Origin: Octopus vulgaris
Taxonomy: Eukaryota
Direction: 5' to 3'
Length of the DNA stretch: 64,000 nt
Assembly: GCA_951406725.2 (NCBI GenBank)
Contig: OX597820.1
Coordinates: 77,438,001 to 77,502,000, forward strand
The notes below the pieces were generated by a model that made no database searches, was not told the origin of the DNA, and saw nothing but the letters and a program-made list of their open reading frames with translations. The position numbers and the translations under genes were made by a program. This document shows positions 30,401 to 43,497 of this stretch, piece by piece (position 1 is the first letter of the stretch; each line of letters opens with the position of its first letter).

Positions 30401-31870
30401 ACGCTGAATATCCCCGGAGAACTACGTTAAGGATACACGTGTCTGTGGAGTGCTCAGCCACTTACGCGTTAATTTCACGAGCAGGCTGTTCCGTTGATCG
30501 GATCAACCGGAACCCTCGTCGTCGTAACCGACGGAGTGCTTCCATGTTTGTAGTGTTGGCGCTGGTGCTGTTGTTATGTGTGGGAGTTTTGTTGCCAGGA
30601 GTGCTGTATCTCCCTGTTTTGTTTGGTGGAGAACTTGCTCTTTTTCCCCCCCGGTTTCTCCTTCTTCCTGTGGACACTTGCCATTCCTCCGTGTCGCCTT
30701 CCACGGACAACAAGTCAGAGGAATCAGAAGATGTGAGGGGAAGGTATTGGTCTCGATTTGTTGGTGTGTTGATGTTGTTGCTATTATTAGTGTTGGTTGG
30801 AGGCTGTTGGGATGTGATGTATGGGTAGTATTTCTGTAGCTGTTGCTGTTGGTGGTGGTGGTGTGGACCATGTTGCTTCTGCTGTTGGTTTTTTTTTATT
30901 GGTTGGGTTTGTTGAGTTTGTTTGTTGTTTTCTGGAGCTGTTTCATCCGTTCGTGGAACTTAAATCTGTTGTACTGATGATGGTGTGGGTAACAGTGCTG
31001 GTGTGCGGGTAGTGTATTCTTTTTTTTTTTCGTTACTGCTGTTGCTCCGGAACTGTTGAGCAGTCAAATTGTAGGTGGCTTTTGGTGTCACCTTTGTGAC
31101 AGCCTCGTCTTCTGCCTTCAACAGTCACATGATCCGCTTGAATCAAGAGCTCAAACGCCTAGTCCACACAGTTTTGCTGCTCGAGGACGGCAGTTTCTAA
31201 GATGTTAATAACCTCCTCGAAATTGTAGCAGTTGGCAGACACCAGCCATCGAGTTTCTATCTCAGAGGACACATCTTTAATTTTCATTTTTGTCACCCGA
31301 CGACCGGGGTACGAAGGAACCATGATTGACCTCTTCGCACTCTAGTGACTGTGTGGAATAAGCTTTTGTTTGCTCCAATGTGTCAAATCTACCTTCAACT
31401 GTGGAACATTTTTTGCCCCTTGTGATGCATTCTTTGTGTGCCTATATCGGTCTTAGACATTTTTCAATTGTTTGTTACTTTATATTTCCGGACCTTCTCG
31501 GTTTCAAGTTTATTGTCTTATATATGATGGTCTTTTTACTGTTTTCTAAAATGATCTGCGGTGTATTTAGTTTTATTGTTCTACCCTCCTTAGATAGAAG
31601 GGATTTGGTTCCTATAAAAAGTTTCGGGGTAAATGAAACGACTTGTTTGTTTTGTCTCAGAACTGAAGCAAAGCTGCTTTGTCTGTTCGCGTTGTTGTTG
31701 TTGTTATTAGTGGTGGAAGTGGTAGTGGTGGTGCTGCTGCTGCTAGTGGTGGTGGTGGTGGTAATGTTGGCAGCGGAGGTGGCAGTGGTGGTGGCGACGG
31801 TATGAACAGACATGTACTCATTCTTATTTTTTCCTTTCCCACTTGCTTGCTAGGAACGCTGGCGACAGTA
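27500..31870 (-). mobile_element. L1/Tx1-clade LINE, near full length, decayed and internally deleted
   Basis: ORF1-like start at 31813 (low complexity then SFASVL); ORF2 start MLKIGSINVRA at 29831; APE motifs VYAP..GD*NATLD..LD (~29390-29530); RT motifs KAFDRVDH, RSFRQ*CP and FADDVTV..TGAKINPEKS; C-terminal RCGQSDETVLHALAQC. Confidence 0.88.
30170..30543 (+). mobile_element. SINE family C inserted into the LINE, 13-bp TSD
   Basis: TSD ATGTTTGTAGTGT at 30157-30169 and 30544-30556; near-identical to 4858-5232. Confidence 0.92.
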
Positions 31871-31884
31871 TGTGTGTTGATGTA

Positions 31885-32074
31885 GAAGGCGGCGAGCTGG
31901 CAGAAACGTTAGCACGCCGGGCGAAATGCTTTGGGGTATTTTGTCCGCCGCCGCGTTCTCAGTTCAAATTCTGCCGTGGTCGATTTTGCCCTCCATCCTT
32001 TCGAGGTCGATAAAGTAAGTACCAGTTACGCACTGGGGTCGATGTAACCCACTTAATCCGTTTGTCTGTCCTTG
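31885..32074 (+). mobile_element. SINE family D, truncated within tail X
   Basis: GAAGGCGGCGAGCTGGCAGAAACGTTAGCACGCCGGG head and core. Confidence 0.85.
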
Positions 32075-32185
32075 ACTAAATGCTGGAGCACCGCCTTTAG
32101 TCGAAAAAATCTACCCTAGGGTTTATTCGGACACGGGTTTATTCGAACAAACACGGACACACAATCATACACACACGTGCACACA

Positions 32186-32220
<35 letters not shown>

Positions 32221-32345
32221 TGAACTTCTTTCAATTTTCGTCTACCAAATCCACGCAGAAGGCTTTGGTAGGCCCGAAGCTATAGTAGAAGATACTTGCT
32301 CAAGGTGCCACGCAGCGGTACTACTCACCACACAACCTCTCCAGC
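32075..32345 (-). mobile_element. SINE family B, deleted copy with internal (CA)n
   Basis: TGCTGGAGCACCGCCTTTAGTCGA and TCTACCAAATCCAC..GCTATAGTAGAAGATACTTGC. Confidence 0.75.
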
Positions 32346-33113
32346 ACCTTGCATATAATTATCTGCAAATGCTGTATCGTGCTATTTTTAAAATCTTTTT
32401 TTCTGTTTTCACAGTTTATGAGATAATAGTCTTAAGGATAGCATAAATATTCTAAATATAGTGTCGTATATCTTATATTCGGTCCATAAAGAAAGCTTTA
32501 GAAACGCAGACAGTTGACACGGAATATTATATTTTATATTGTAAATTGTTTAGCGAAAGAATACAAGCAATAAAATTCAGAATTATCTGAGGTAAGTCAG
32601 TTATTGACCAAATTCTCTGAGGTCCTACGATACCTTTATTATTAATTCCTTTTCTTTTTATTATTAATATTCGACTACTACTGTAAAAATTTAGCATGGC
32701 TATCTTCCAATCACTTAGTACAGGTTCGTTAGCACTGAGGCTGCAGATGTATGAAAACATGAAGACATTTCTTCACAGTTGATAGCACAGTGTTACGGTG
32801 GAACAATTATACATTCGCAACTCAGGCCCATACTCATAAAACAAACGATTCCCTGCAGACCATCGAAATAATGATATTGCAAAGAACGGCAGTCTTAAGT
32901 CCCACTATATTTACAATGAAAATTTGGCTGCTTTTGCAGTTCTTATAACATCAAGGAAACTTCCCTTATTAACACGGGAGAATCTTATGTATACTTATGT
33001 ATCGTTATGTATCCAGCACTAACATACCTTACACAATACTCACGGGATATATATTTCTAATGTATTAGTTTAAGGAATTATCATCTGCGCCACAGAGGAC
33101 ATTAAAAGAGATC

Positions 33114-33529
33114 GGATCTTTTCGGTTTGAACGGCAGTTTTTTAAAATAATTTCCACGTAACTAAACACTTTTTAACTTCGTATACTGGTAGAATGTGTT
33201 TATAAAACATCTTTTTTTCTTGGCCTTATTGAGAAAATTCTATAGTTTGTAAGATATTTGTTGTTTTTTTTCTTCACTTTCTGCAATTTCAACCAATCAC
33301 TGACGTCTATTGAGGTGAAAATATTATGTGCCGTATGAATATGTCCCTCGTTTAAGAAACAGATTGGGTTTATTTACATTTCTGAAGAAAAAACGATACC
33401 CTTCCTCCCACCCCTAACCCTAACCCTAAAACAGATTGAAATGCAATAGATCAATACTAGGGTCATAATTATGGGTGACTATTTCACATGACACCACTAG
33501 AAAAACTGCCGTTCAAACCGAAAAGATCC
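33114..33529. mobile_element. MITE with perfect 29-bp TIRs and 8-bp TSD (Merlin-like)
   Basis: TIR GGATCTTTTCGGTTTGAACGGCAGTTTTT; TSD AAGAGATC at 33106-33113 and 33530-33537; GG..CC termini with an 8-bp TSD fit Merlin/IS1016-type elements; internal (CCCTAA)3. Confidence 0.88.
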
Positions 33530-34724
33530 AAGAGATCTAATTTTAAAATATATTTTCCAACATACGTGTAGATTGAGATATGGAATACCTCTTATTTCAT
33601 TCCTAACATAAGATCAATTGCTACCTTTAGCCCAAGCGTTCTCCAAACCAGTAACGGTTCAAGAATATGTAGTATTTTCCATAACCAGTATGGAATTTAG
33701 ATATTTTGACGTGAAGTTAGTAATTGATAAATTATCGGTAGCACATCCATCTCCATTTATGCGACTCTTTGAATATTTCCTTTCTAACAGAATGGTTTTA
33801 CTGTGGCCTAATATTTATGCATAGATAAAAATTGTTTATTTATCAAAGTTATCCTCTTCCAAACTTTCACATTTGTTTATTCATCGTACACATAACATAA
33901 AAGAATCTGGACTTATATTTAACTTAAGTCATTTAATTTTGCGTGTATATACACAATCAAATGGACTGTTCTAGACATTATAATCGATGATGTGTGATTC
34001 GGAATTTTAATTTCTATATCTTTTTTTTTTTTTGTAATTTTCATTATTTTTGACCGGAGGAAGAAATGCAGATACAACGTTGACTAATCATATTTAAATA
34101 TATCTGGGAAGATTTATGTTGAGTTATTTCCACGCTGCTACTCTCATATAAATTGGTTGGACAGATCTCCGAGAAGAGGACGTCTGATACAAGGACATTG
34201 AATGTCATGTGTGTGTGCACGTGCATGCATGTGTGTCTGTGTGTGTTTGTGTATGTGTTTTGCGTATTAATATGTGTGCTGCGCGCTCGCGCCGCTGTAT
34301 GCGTGTGTATCTGTGTGTGTATGTGTGTGTGTGTGAGAGAGAGAGAATGGGCGCATATTTTTCTATTTATATTAATTTATTTTGAAAACGCCATTGTTTC
34401 CATGTGGGATAATAATAAACAGCGCTTAATTACTTCTCTACGTAGGTTTTAGAATCAGTAACTTTATCACCCGTTGCCATGGAAAGTGCATTTTCGAAGT
34501 AGAAATAATTCTTAAAATTAAATACAGATATACAGGAAATATGAGCTTTTTATTATTATTTTGCTTTTCTTTCTGAAATAACAACTGAGTGGTATGTGTG
34601 AGTTCCTTGCTTTTAGAACAATTAATTTCATTACACCAACGCTTTGCATCTGAACATTAACAGAAGTGGAATAAAAAAAACTATCAACAATATACAGCAA
34701 GCTCATAATAGTCAAGACCTTCTT

Positions 34725-34925
34725 TCATATTCTTGTAATTGTTTCAGTTATTTAACTGCGGTCGTGCTGGAGCATCGACTTCAGTCGAACAAATCGCCCC
34801 CAGGACCTATTCTTTCTAAGACTAGTACATATTTTTCGGTTTCCTTTGCCGAGCCACTAAGTTACGAGGGTGTAAACACATCAATATCTGTCATCATGCA
34901 ATGATGGGATGGACAAACACGACAC
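34725..34925 (-). mobile_element. SINE family B, 3' half
   Basis: GTTTCAGTTATTTAACTGCGG..GCTGGAGCA..TTTGCCGAGCCACTAAGTTACG..GTAAACAC. Confidence 0.7.
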
Positions 34926-35008
34926 AAAAATAAATGTATATACATATATATTTAAAAACATATATACATATATAAAAAATATATAAACAGATAGAAGCAC
35001 ACACACAC

Positions 35009-35077
<69 letters not shown>

Positions 35078-35094
35078 TATGAAGACAAAATACA

Positions 35095-35425
35095 ACTAAA
35101 CGTGAGAAAATGTGAGCTGATGCATTTTCGAAGAAAGTCTATGATAAATCGGCCATATTCTCTTCTTTCAAGGGAACCACTCACAGTATTAAATGATATC
35201 AGAGACCTAGAAGTACTTGTTGACGATAATCTCGGCTGGAGTACTGAGATCACCAATAAGGTCGATATAGCTCATGGAATGAACTACTGGATTCTAAGAA
35301 CCATCCGGTCCAGAGAAGAGGGTGTCATCATTTCTTTTTTCTCCTCCTTCATACGGTCACATTTCGAATACTGCTGAATCCTGTAGTCTCCCTATACTAA
35401 ACAAGACATTTTGAATCACCCCAGA
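35095..35425 (+). mobile_element. CR1/L2-like LINE RT C-terminal fragment
   Basis: [38 protein letters not shown] matches the KDLGV.(D)..L.W / RPHLEYC pattern of CR1-group RTs. Confidence 0.75.
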
Positions 35426-35479
35426 ATTCATGTTATGACTGATCTATATTACTGAAACCTTCTTATAGTATTCAAGCTC

Positions 35480-36160
35480 TATTATCTATATTACTATCAT
35501 CATCATCATAATCATCATCATCATCATCGTCGTCGTCATCATCGTCGTCATCATCATCATCATCATCATCATCATTATTACCAATATCGTTATTAACGCT
35601 ATCATTACTATTACCACCATTACTACTATTGTTACTGTTACTTCTGCTATTTGCCAAGGCATTAGAAATTGTGGTGGTATTCTGGGCATTTTCGGTAGAA
35701 TGGGTTGGGTTGCGGTTATTACCAGGTGTGATAGTATCTATGCTAGATATGTATGTGTGTTGATTATTGTTATTAGTAGAGTTGTTGTCATGTGAGTTTT
35801 GATAGTAAAGAGAGAGCTTTTGCTTATTCGAGGCTGCTCCAATAGATTCAAAGTTAGGTGAGTTTGAATAAGATAGTTTCATTTATGTTGTCGAGGGAAG
35901 TTAGAGTCAAGTATTCTAAAGAACGATTGAGCTAGGTTCTTAACGTTAAGAGAGAATGGCGGTGTGTACCATAAAATAGAGCGACCGCCACTTTTTTTTA
36001 GGGGGTCTGGGGATGGAGCTATCTAAATTGTTAGATAAATGAGTGTTATTTAACTTATTGTGTAGGGTGTGTGATAAGCGAGGCCTGTTATTGCTAGTTG
36101 TTTCATTTGTTTTAGTAGTTGACCTATCGTTAGGTGAATGTGTGTGGGGTTGTGTGTCTT
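35480..36160 (-). mobile_element. Penelope-like fragment (post-RT region)
   Basis: YTPPFSLNVKN..FFRILDSNFPRQHK and KLSYSNSPN, homologous to ~19800-19960; followed by a trinucleotide-repeat tract. Confidence 0.7.
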
Positions 36161-36164
36161 TTAC

Positions 36165-36844
36165 TCCGACGACTGAGCCCTTGTTTCGGGGTCATAGCCA
36201 TAGACCCACGATTCATCATCCGCTTTGACCGTTTTCATAAAGTTTTCACTGTTCTCAATGCAATCAAGGAGATCTCGTGCAACTGAAACCCGAGTGTCTT
36301 CTTGCTCAGCTAAAAGCAGTTTGGGCACAAACCTGGCAGACACATGTCTCATACCTGAATTTTCGGTGATTATGGACTGAATTGAACAGTAACTAATATG
36401 CACATCCTCTGATAACACATGGATGATGATTCGCCGAAATCCTTTCACAGTTTTTCTCAATTTGGCTGGTTGCGTGTCTCATAGAACATTTGTCACTACC
36501 GACATTTTTTACGCCATCTTGGAAACGTCTGAACCCCTCATAAACTTTTGCGCAGCTAATACATTGTTCTCTATACATTTTTTGCAAACTTGCGCAGGAC
36601 TCTCAGCAAATTTTTGGCAAAATTTGATGCAGAATCTCTGCTCCACTTTCTCTATTGAAGTCAACCACACGATACACACCTTCCTTCCGAACACTGCTGT
36701 AATCAGTGAAAGTGAACTAGAACGTTCTAAATTAGTGTACGTGTACAACAGCAATCAAGGTCAATATGTGCCAAGCGGCTTTACTCTACATGCCTTAGAT
36801 TCGTTACTATGGCAACAGTCCGTATACCTATTGATCAGACCATG
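36165..36844 (-). mobile_element. Mariner transposon 5' part (TIR plus transposase N-terminal half)
   Basis: EQRFCIKFCQK and MRHVSARFVPKLL..DDESWVYGYDPET motifs; right end shares the TIR of 9205-10031 and is followed by TA. Confidence 0.88.
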
Positions 36845-37084
36845 TATGATATATATAGAAAAATGACAGAAGTAAATAGACACGCTTATGATCGTCAAAA
36901 GTTATTGAAATCTGAAATTATACATTCAAATTATTCATTAATTGTTATAATGTGAATAGTTAACATTTAGTAGACATACACTTAACATTTTTCAATGCAA
37001 GGATCCTATAAGGCATGCTACTGATCTGATGACGACTATTGTCTTGGGGCATTTCCTGCCTAGTTTTAGGCAATAATCGCAAAA

Positions 37085-38070
37085 TCTTTGGCTTTGAAGT
37101 TGCTTTCTTGTTCTTTTTACTTAGTGTTCAACAGAGTTCATACCTGGCGACTGGCCTGGCCATGGAAGCTTTTTAATGCCATTCTTATCCAACAAATTTT
37201 GGTTCTTTATATCCGTGTGAGAAGGAACCCCATCTTCTATAAATAAAAATGCCTTCTTTAATCATTCCAACAAAAGGAGAGGAATGGAAGGAGTCCTTTC
37301 TGCAATGTGGACACGTATCTATCTGAGTTTATATTTCTCTCACAGTCCACTATCTCTGGTCAACCATTGCTCCAAATTGCTCCCCAGACCATCACAGAAC
37401 AGCTGCTGTGTTACATCGTTGGCTGCAATATTTTCACATCAAATTCTTGATCACGGAGTCGTCTCCAGATCTAAATCCAACCACTGTCGGGAAATGCAAT
37501 AAATCTGGCCTCATCAGAGAATATGACAGTGTCGCAAAATGTTAGTGGTCTCTCCACCATCTCACTGGCCCAACCTTCTCTCCGCTTGATGTTGGCTGGC
37601 CGAAGAAGTGGCTTCCTTCTTGCTGCTCTGCCATAGTTTCCAAATTTGTGACAGCTGTTCTGGTACTGACATCAACATGTTCTCTTGTATGTCAGAGACC
37701 TTGTAACGAGTATTACCCACCATACTTCTCTTAGCAAAGAGAAGGGTCCTGTGAGAGGACCTTGGTCAAACTGGGTGAGGTGATGTGGACTCCTACTCCT
37801 CTCTGGTGGATTGCACAATCACTCAATTAATTGTAGAAAGCGAGATCTCAAGGTTTTCTGAGATTTTGCGCTAAGTCCATCTTCAGAATGAACCACAGTA
37901 CGACATATTTGACAGTTCCAAGGCTTCTTTTGTACTTGGCGTGATTAAACAGTCACATATAGAACCTGAAACATAAAAATGACAATTAATAAAAATATAA
38001 ACCTTTAAAAGTTAGAATAAACATAAAACGATGTATTATGGGTTGTCTATTTAATTCTGTCGTGTCTGTG
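37085..38070 (-). mobile_element. Tc1-family transposase relic
   Basis: Minus-strand VIFSDEARF (~37503-37530), FIEDGVPSHT and GQSPGMNSVEH, matching the DD34E motif context. Confidence 0.8.
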
Positions 38071-38084
38071 TACGAGTGTGTGTG

Positions 38085-38285
38085 TGTATATATATAAATA
38101 TATGTGTGCATGTGTAAATACGGCGGGCTTATTTCAGTTTCCGTCTACCAAATCCACTCACAACGATTTGATCGACCCGAGGCTATAGTAGAAGACACTT
38201 GCCCAAGGTGTCACACAGTGGTACTGAACCCGGAATCATGTAGTTGGGAAACAATTTTCTTACTACACAGCCACCCTTGTGCCTA
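38085..38285 (-). mobile_element. SINE family B, 5' half
   Basis: TTTCAGTTTCCGTCTACCAAATCCACTCACAA..GACACTTGCCCAAGGTG..ACTGAACCCGGAA..CACAGCCAC. Confidence 0.85.
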
Positions 38286-39489
38286 TGTATTTAAATTTAA
38301 TTATATTCTTGTGTATAGTTTATGGCATGGGCAAAAACACTTAAGCTTGGCATAAGAACTTCCGTCATGGATGCGATTTGTCGAATAAATGAACTCAGCA
38401 ACACAATCCGGCACAAACTCAGTACGCTTCAACCGCTTCCATCAGTTATTTATATTAGCTATGTGGTTTTGTAAATAATAATGAAGCACATCGTACCCTG
38501 AATGTTTCAATGTGTAATAGGACGCCCATGGAAGGCTATTAATCATTGCCTTTACTAATTAGTTAGAGACTTAGGAGAAAAAGTGGATTTAAAATCGATG
38601 GAAACATACCGTTATGACCCAGAATGATTTCTATCCAATATCTGGATTCCCAGAAGTAGTGTAATAATGCAGTATTTTTTTCTCTATAGTACATATCAGA
38701 GACCGGTTTCAATATAATATGGAAGAAAATAATTCACGTGGCTTTTGGAAATAATTAGAAACATTAGCTTTTGCTACGATACCATGTACTTTTAAGAAAA
38801 ACTATAATTTCTAACTCCGTTCTGTAATATCACCATTGGGAAATTCTATCAGAACGTTTATATATAATACAAAAGAAAGTGAGATGATTTCAGCTGCCTC
38901 TGTAATATATCGTTAGATATGTGTCTGAGCATAGTCGCTTTACTTCGATGCCAGAACAATACGGAGAATATTTCTTCAAGCGAAAATTCTATATGTGTTC
39001 AGTTTGAAGCCATAAATATATATTTTATAAGTTGATAACATTCTCGAGTTGAGTGGCAAGTGTGAAAGGAAATTTCACATACATGTAAAATCAAACATAT
39101 AAGTATTGTATGTTAAATCTCCTTGCAAGATTGCTCAAGAATTATTCCATACAATTTTAATGCTATCAGAAAAACATTTCTGGTAGGTATTCAGGTTGAA
39201 CCTTGTTTCTAATTTCATATATAACGTATCTAAATCAACTGCGAAGGAGGTGTGATACCTTAGATTTTCAGGCTCTCCACTACACATCATTTTAGTTCTT
39301 CCGACTTTATATTCGGGGTTCCAATTCTGCTGCGGTCTTTTTGTCTTGCATTCTTTTGGGTTCGAGAAAATAAGTACCAGTCAAGTATTGCGGTTGATGA
39401 AATTGTTGAATAAACTCCCACATAATTTCAAGCGCTGTTCATATAGTAAAACGGATACGTAATTTTAATTTTTGTCAACGTAAACATAT

Positions 39490-39800
39490 TCTTTTCTACT
39501 CTATGCACAAGGATTGAAATTTGGGGGGAGGGGGCCAGTCGATTAGATCGACCACTGTATGTAACTGGTACTTAATTTATCGACCCCGAAAGGATGAAAG
39601 GCAAAGTGGACTTCGGCGGAATTTGGACGCAAAAAGTAAAGACAGACGAAATACCTATTTCTTTACTGCCCACAAGGGGCTAACCACAGAGTACAAACAA
39701 GGACAGACAATCAGATTAAGTCGATTATATCGACCCCAGTGCTTAACTGGTACTTATTTAATCGACCCCGAAAGGATGAAAGGCAAAGTCGACCTCGGCT
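39490..39800 (-). mobile_element. SINE family D dimer, 5'-truncated (a degenerate plus-strand D copy lies at ~39300-39455)
   Basis: Two cores joined by GACGAAATACC|TATTTCTTTACTGCCCACAAGGGGCTAA. Confidence 0.85.
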
Positions 39801-39804
39801 AGTC

Positions 39805-40092
39805 CTTGATCTCAATAGCTGCTCTGCATGACTGTGGTTCTGAATTGGTTGATCACGCTGTTCTAGTACCTGGACGCATCTGAATATATCTGTTTCACAA
39901 CACTAGAACACACTTGGCTAGGAAATTATATCGCAGTATTGATGATCTCATATCTGCAGTTGATGATTTTCTTCAGCAAGAGGATAACACTGACGGAAGA
40001 ACTGTATGGACACACATGTGGGAATATGTCGGAAAACGAACCTCGTTTGGTCACATTCCATGTGAGTATCTTGGTCAGCTTATTAAACTCAT
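39805..40092 (+). mobile_element. Mariner transposase 3' fragment
   Basis: ELVDH..(PDL)..LF..LARKLYRSIDDLISAVDDF resembles the mariner C-terminus. Confidence 0.6.
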
Positions 40093-40163
<71 letters not shown>

Positions 40164-41519
40164 GTGTGCGTGTTTGTGTTTGTGTGTGTTTGCGCGCGTG
40201 TGTGTGTGTATAAGATTTGTCACAAATCTCGCGTCCGACAGTTAGAAGGCAATAGTGAATTTGAGGATATTGCAAGGGAAATTTGTGTTATTCAGAACCA
40301 AACTCGCTCATAAAACTCAATAAGTTAATTATATCATTTAATATAAACGTTAGTATATTTTAAGTTAAAATTTAAACATTGTTTTCTCACTCGAGGATTT
40401 AATACAAATGAAATTTTGTTTCCTCTGTAAGAATGCCTTTCACATTTAACATTCTTTTCATAATTGCTAAAATAATAGAAATTAATAGAAAATAAATTAC
40501 CACTCCTTTTATCAGTAACTATGTTCTTATAACAGGTGATATAATCCCATGCATTGTATAGAGATATTATACACTATAGGTATTTGAGAGATGAATATTT
40601 AAAGATATATATGTTACTCAGAAGAGCAATTATGCTAAGTGATTTACCACGTTCAATTTTCCAATCTCACATGACTTAACCAAAATAATCAGGAATATGT
40701 GATGCTTTTCATTATAATAGCTATATCTGTTGAGAGGTAATTTTGAACATACATGTTTGAAATTACACAACACAACACAGAGTTAACGTTTATTATCCTT
40801 ATTATGGGAAGCATGAATAATCTTATCATTGCATAGTAGCGATAAGCTCTTCTCTTATGGTAAGTTCTTTCTACTTTCATGTCTACTGACAAATTCAGTA
40901 GATTTTTCATACAAGCCACAATCAAACCTAAAGAGCTTTATATGCACAACGTTCAATTTCTGTTGATATTGTCCATCTGAATGCATATATTTATGATTTG
41001 TACAACATGGAAATTTTGTCATTTGTACAATCGTGTTTAATAATGCTTCTGCTTTAGGACTTGTTGGTCGAAATCTGGATTCTCTCGATACTTTTTAACA
41101 TTTCAGTTATAGAGGTTTTATTCTGTAGATCTAAACCCGCATCTTTCTTTTCTTAGTCGCTACGATAATTCACTTATGTTCCACCATATTGCTAAAACTG
41201 TATATTACTGCCCTCCCCCTCTTGAAGCTCATTATTGACAGCTACAGAAATTCAAGTATTTTTTATTCTTTTTCTCTTCCAATGAATTCATAAGTTCTTT
41301 CTGTTCTTCACTCTTTCCCTAGTTACGAGTTGCAATTACCCCCTCTTTTCAATTTTTATTCTGGTAAAAGTTAACATTTCTCTTCTCTTTTTGCACCACA
41401 GAGTTGAATCTATGTTTTACTATTGAACGCACTTTCATGCTCCTGATGGAAGACTTGGCCATTCTCACGTGTTGTTTTCCTTAGTTTCTCATTGTCCGTC
41501 TATCTTTGTCTCTCTCTTT

Positions 41520-41556
<37 letters not shown>

Positions 41557-42773
41557 CTTATTTTTCTCTCTTCTCCATCTTTTCTTTTTTTCTCCCTTTC
41601 TCTTGTTATCTGCCTGGACAGGATAAAAGACTGACAGTTGCCTTCAACGTTTTTATGAACAAGACAATTTTGAAGCAAATCCGAGTCCTATAAATCAAAG
41701 CATTCCATTTGATATGTCTGCAAACGGGTGCGAAGATGAATTGTTTCCTACGATGAAGTTTGATCCTCTGCGACCTATTTACCTAATTCTAGTAAGGACC
41801 ATGAAAAAGGAGTTTTGGCAATTTTCCATCTCCTTTCGTGAAGAGGCACAACATCCAACACTTGGAGGATAATGGAAACCGATTTGCTCAATAAAATGCT
41901 TGTTACACAGCAAGAATAAGTTTAAGGCAGTTTTAGACTAAGTCAATTTGATCCATTTCCAAAAATAGCAATCCTCTATTAGTTACCGCTTTTTTGTGCT
42001 GAGATCAAAAACAAATGGAGAAATACAAAACCCCATATTTAAGTAAAATCTGACGTATGTTTTGAGCGTGTCACAGTAAAAAAAACTATGTTGCGCATTC
42101 TATCCAAAAGTCATGCTTTTTCCAATGGTTTATTGTGAATATAGCTTGAGGGTCAGTTCCCCTTCAAACCTTCTAATTGTCAATACCGAACTTTGCAGTT
42201 CCTATATAAGTAAGACTTATACTTTCCTTTCTAGGGAATGATACTTGTGGAATACAAAACAGAAAGAACATTCAATATCCAAAACCAATTGTGTTTGGTG
42301 ATTTATGCTACGATTTCAAACAGTGCCAGCCAAATATTTTTACACCTTTAGTATCATGACTCAGTTAATCAAAAAACCTGATGCCATCTCTTTAAAACAT
42401 CCACTCCAGTTCCAGCATTTGAAAGTCTGTATTTCTTCTGAATACTCTGGGTTCCATTAACATAATGAATTTCTATCTACGAGTAAACAATAACTTCAAA
42501 TAAAATTAAATTATTTTCAGGTGTACTTAAACTTTGGACTTCTTAGTTAATGTTTCAATTCATTAATTATAAGTGTGTGCTTCTCATTAAATAAAATAGT
42601 GGAATGAAATTGAAGACGTATCTTTAGCACGGTGTATAACTATCATACAACTACACACAAATTCGGAAACAATTTCATTTCCTAGAACAGTTTTCAAATA
42701 TAAAATGATATTCTATTAAATCAAATGTATCTTCATTACAAATAATTGTGGACCGTTTTAACGCCAGTTATTT

Positions 42774-43497
42774 TATTCTATTCTACTCTGGTCTCAAGGC
42801 CCGAAGTTTTGGGGAGCATGAGGCCAGTCGATTAGATCGACCCCAGTGGTACTTAATTCATCGACCCTGAAAGGCAAAGTGGACCTCGGCGGAATTTGAA
42901 CGTAGAAGTTAAAGACAGACGAAATTCCGCTAAGCATTTCGCCCGGCGTGCTAACGTTTCTTATTTCTTTATTGCCCACAAGGGGCTAAACATACAGGGG
43001 ACTAACAAGGACAGACAAAGGGGTTAAGTCGATTACATCGAACCCAGTACTCAGAACGTAGCGGCAGACGAAATACCTATTTCTATTTATTTACTGCCCA
43101 AAAGGGTCTACACACAGAGGGGACAAATAAGGACAGACAAACGGATGAAGTCGATTACATCGACCCCAGTGCGTAACTGGTACTTATTTAATCGACCCCG
43201 AAAGGATGAAAAGCAAAGTTGGCCTCGGCGGAATTTGAACTCAGAACGTAGCAGCAGACGAAATACCTATTTCTTTACTACCCACAAGGGGCTAAACACA
43301 GAGAGGACAAACAAGGACAGACAAACGGATTAAGTCGATTATATCGACCCCAGTGCGTAAGTGGTACTTAACTTATCGACCCCGAAAGGATGAAAGGCAA
43401 AATCGACCTCGGCGGAATTTGAACTCAGAACGTAACTGCAGACGAAATACAGCTGCGTATTTCGCCCGGATTGCTAACGTTTCTGCAACCTCGCCGC
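42774..43497 (-). mobile_element. SINE family D tetrameric array with one 17-bp TSD pair
   Basis: TSD TTTAACGCCAGTTATTT (42757-42773) / TTTAATGCCAGTTATTT (43498-43514); three tail-X units plus one tail-Y unit. Confidence 0.9.

Noticed and set aside
30244-30828. Longest ORF (194 aa) and the repeated MFIERKHLKLHEAP ORFs
   Set aside because: They derive from SINE-C sequence running into the antisense strand of the LINE ORF1; no coding signature.
37505-37520. Isolated CTGATGA matches (also 2512, 5521, 10018, 16849, 52714)
   Set aside because: No helix II plus GAAA in hammerhead geometry; this one is Tc1 coding sequence (SDE).
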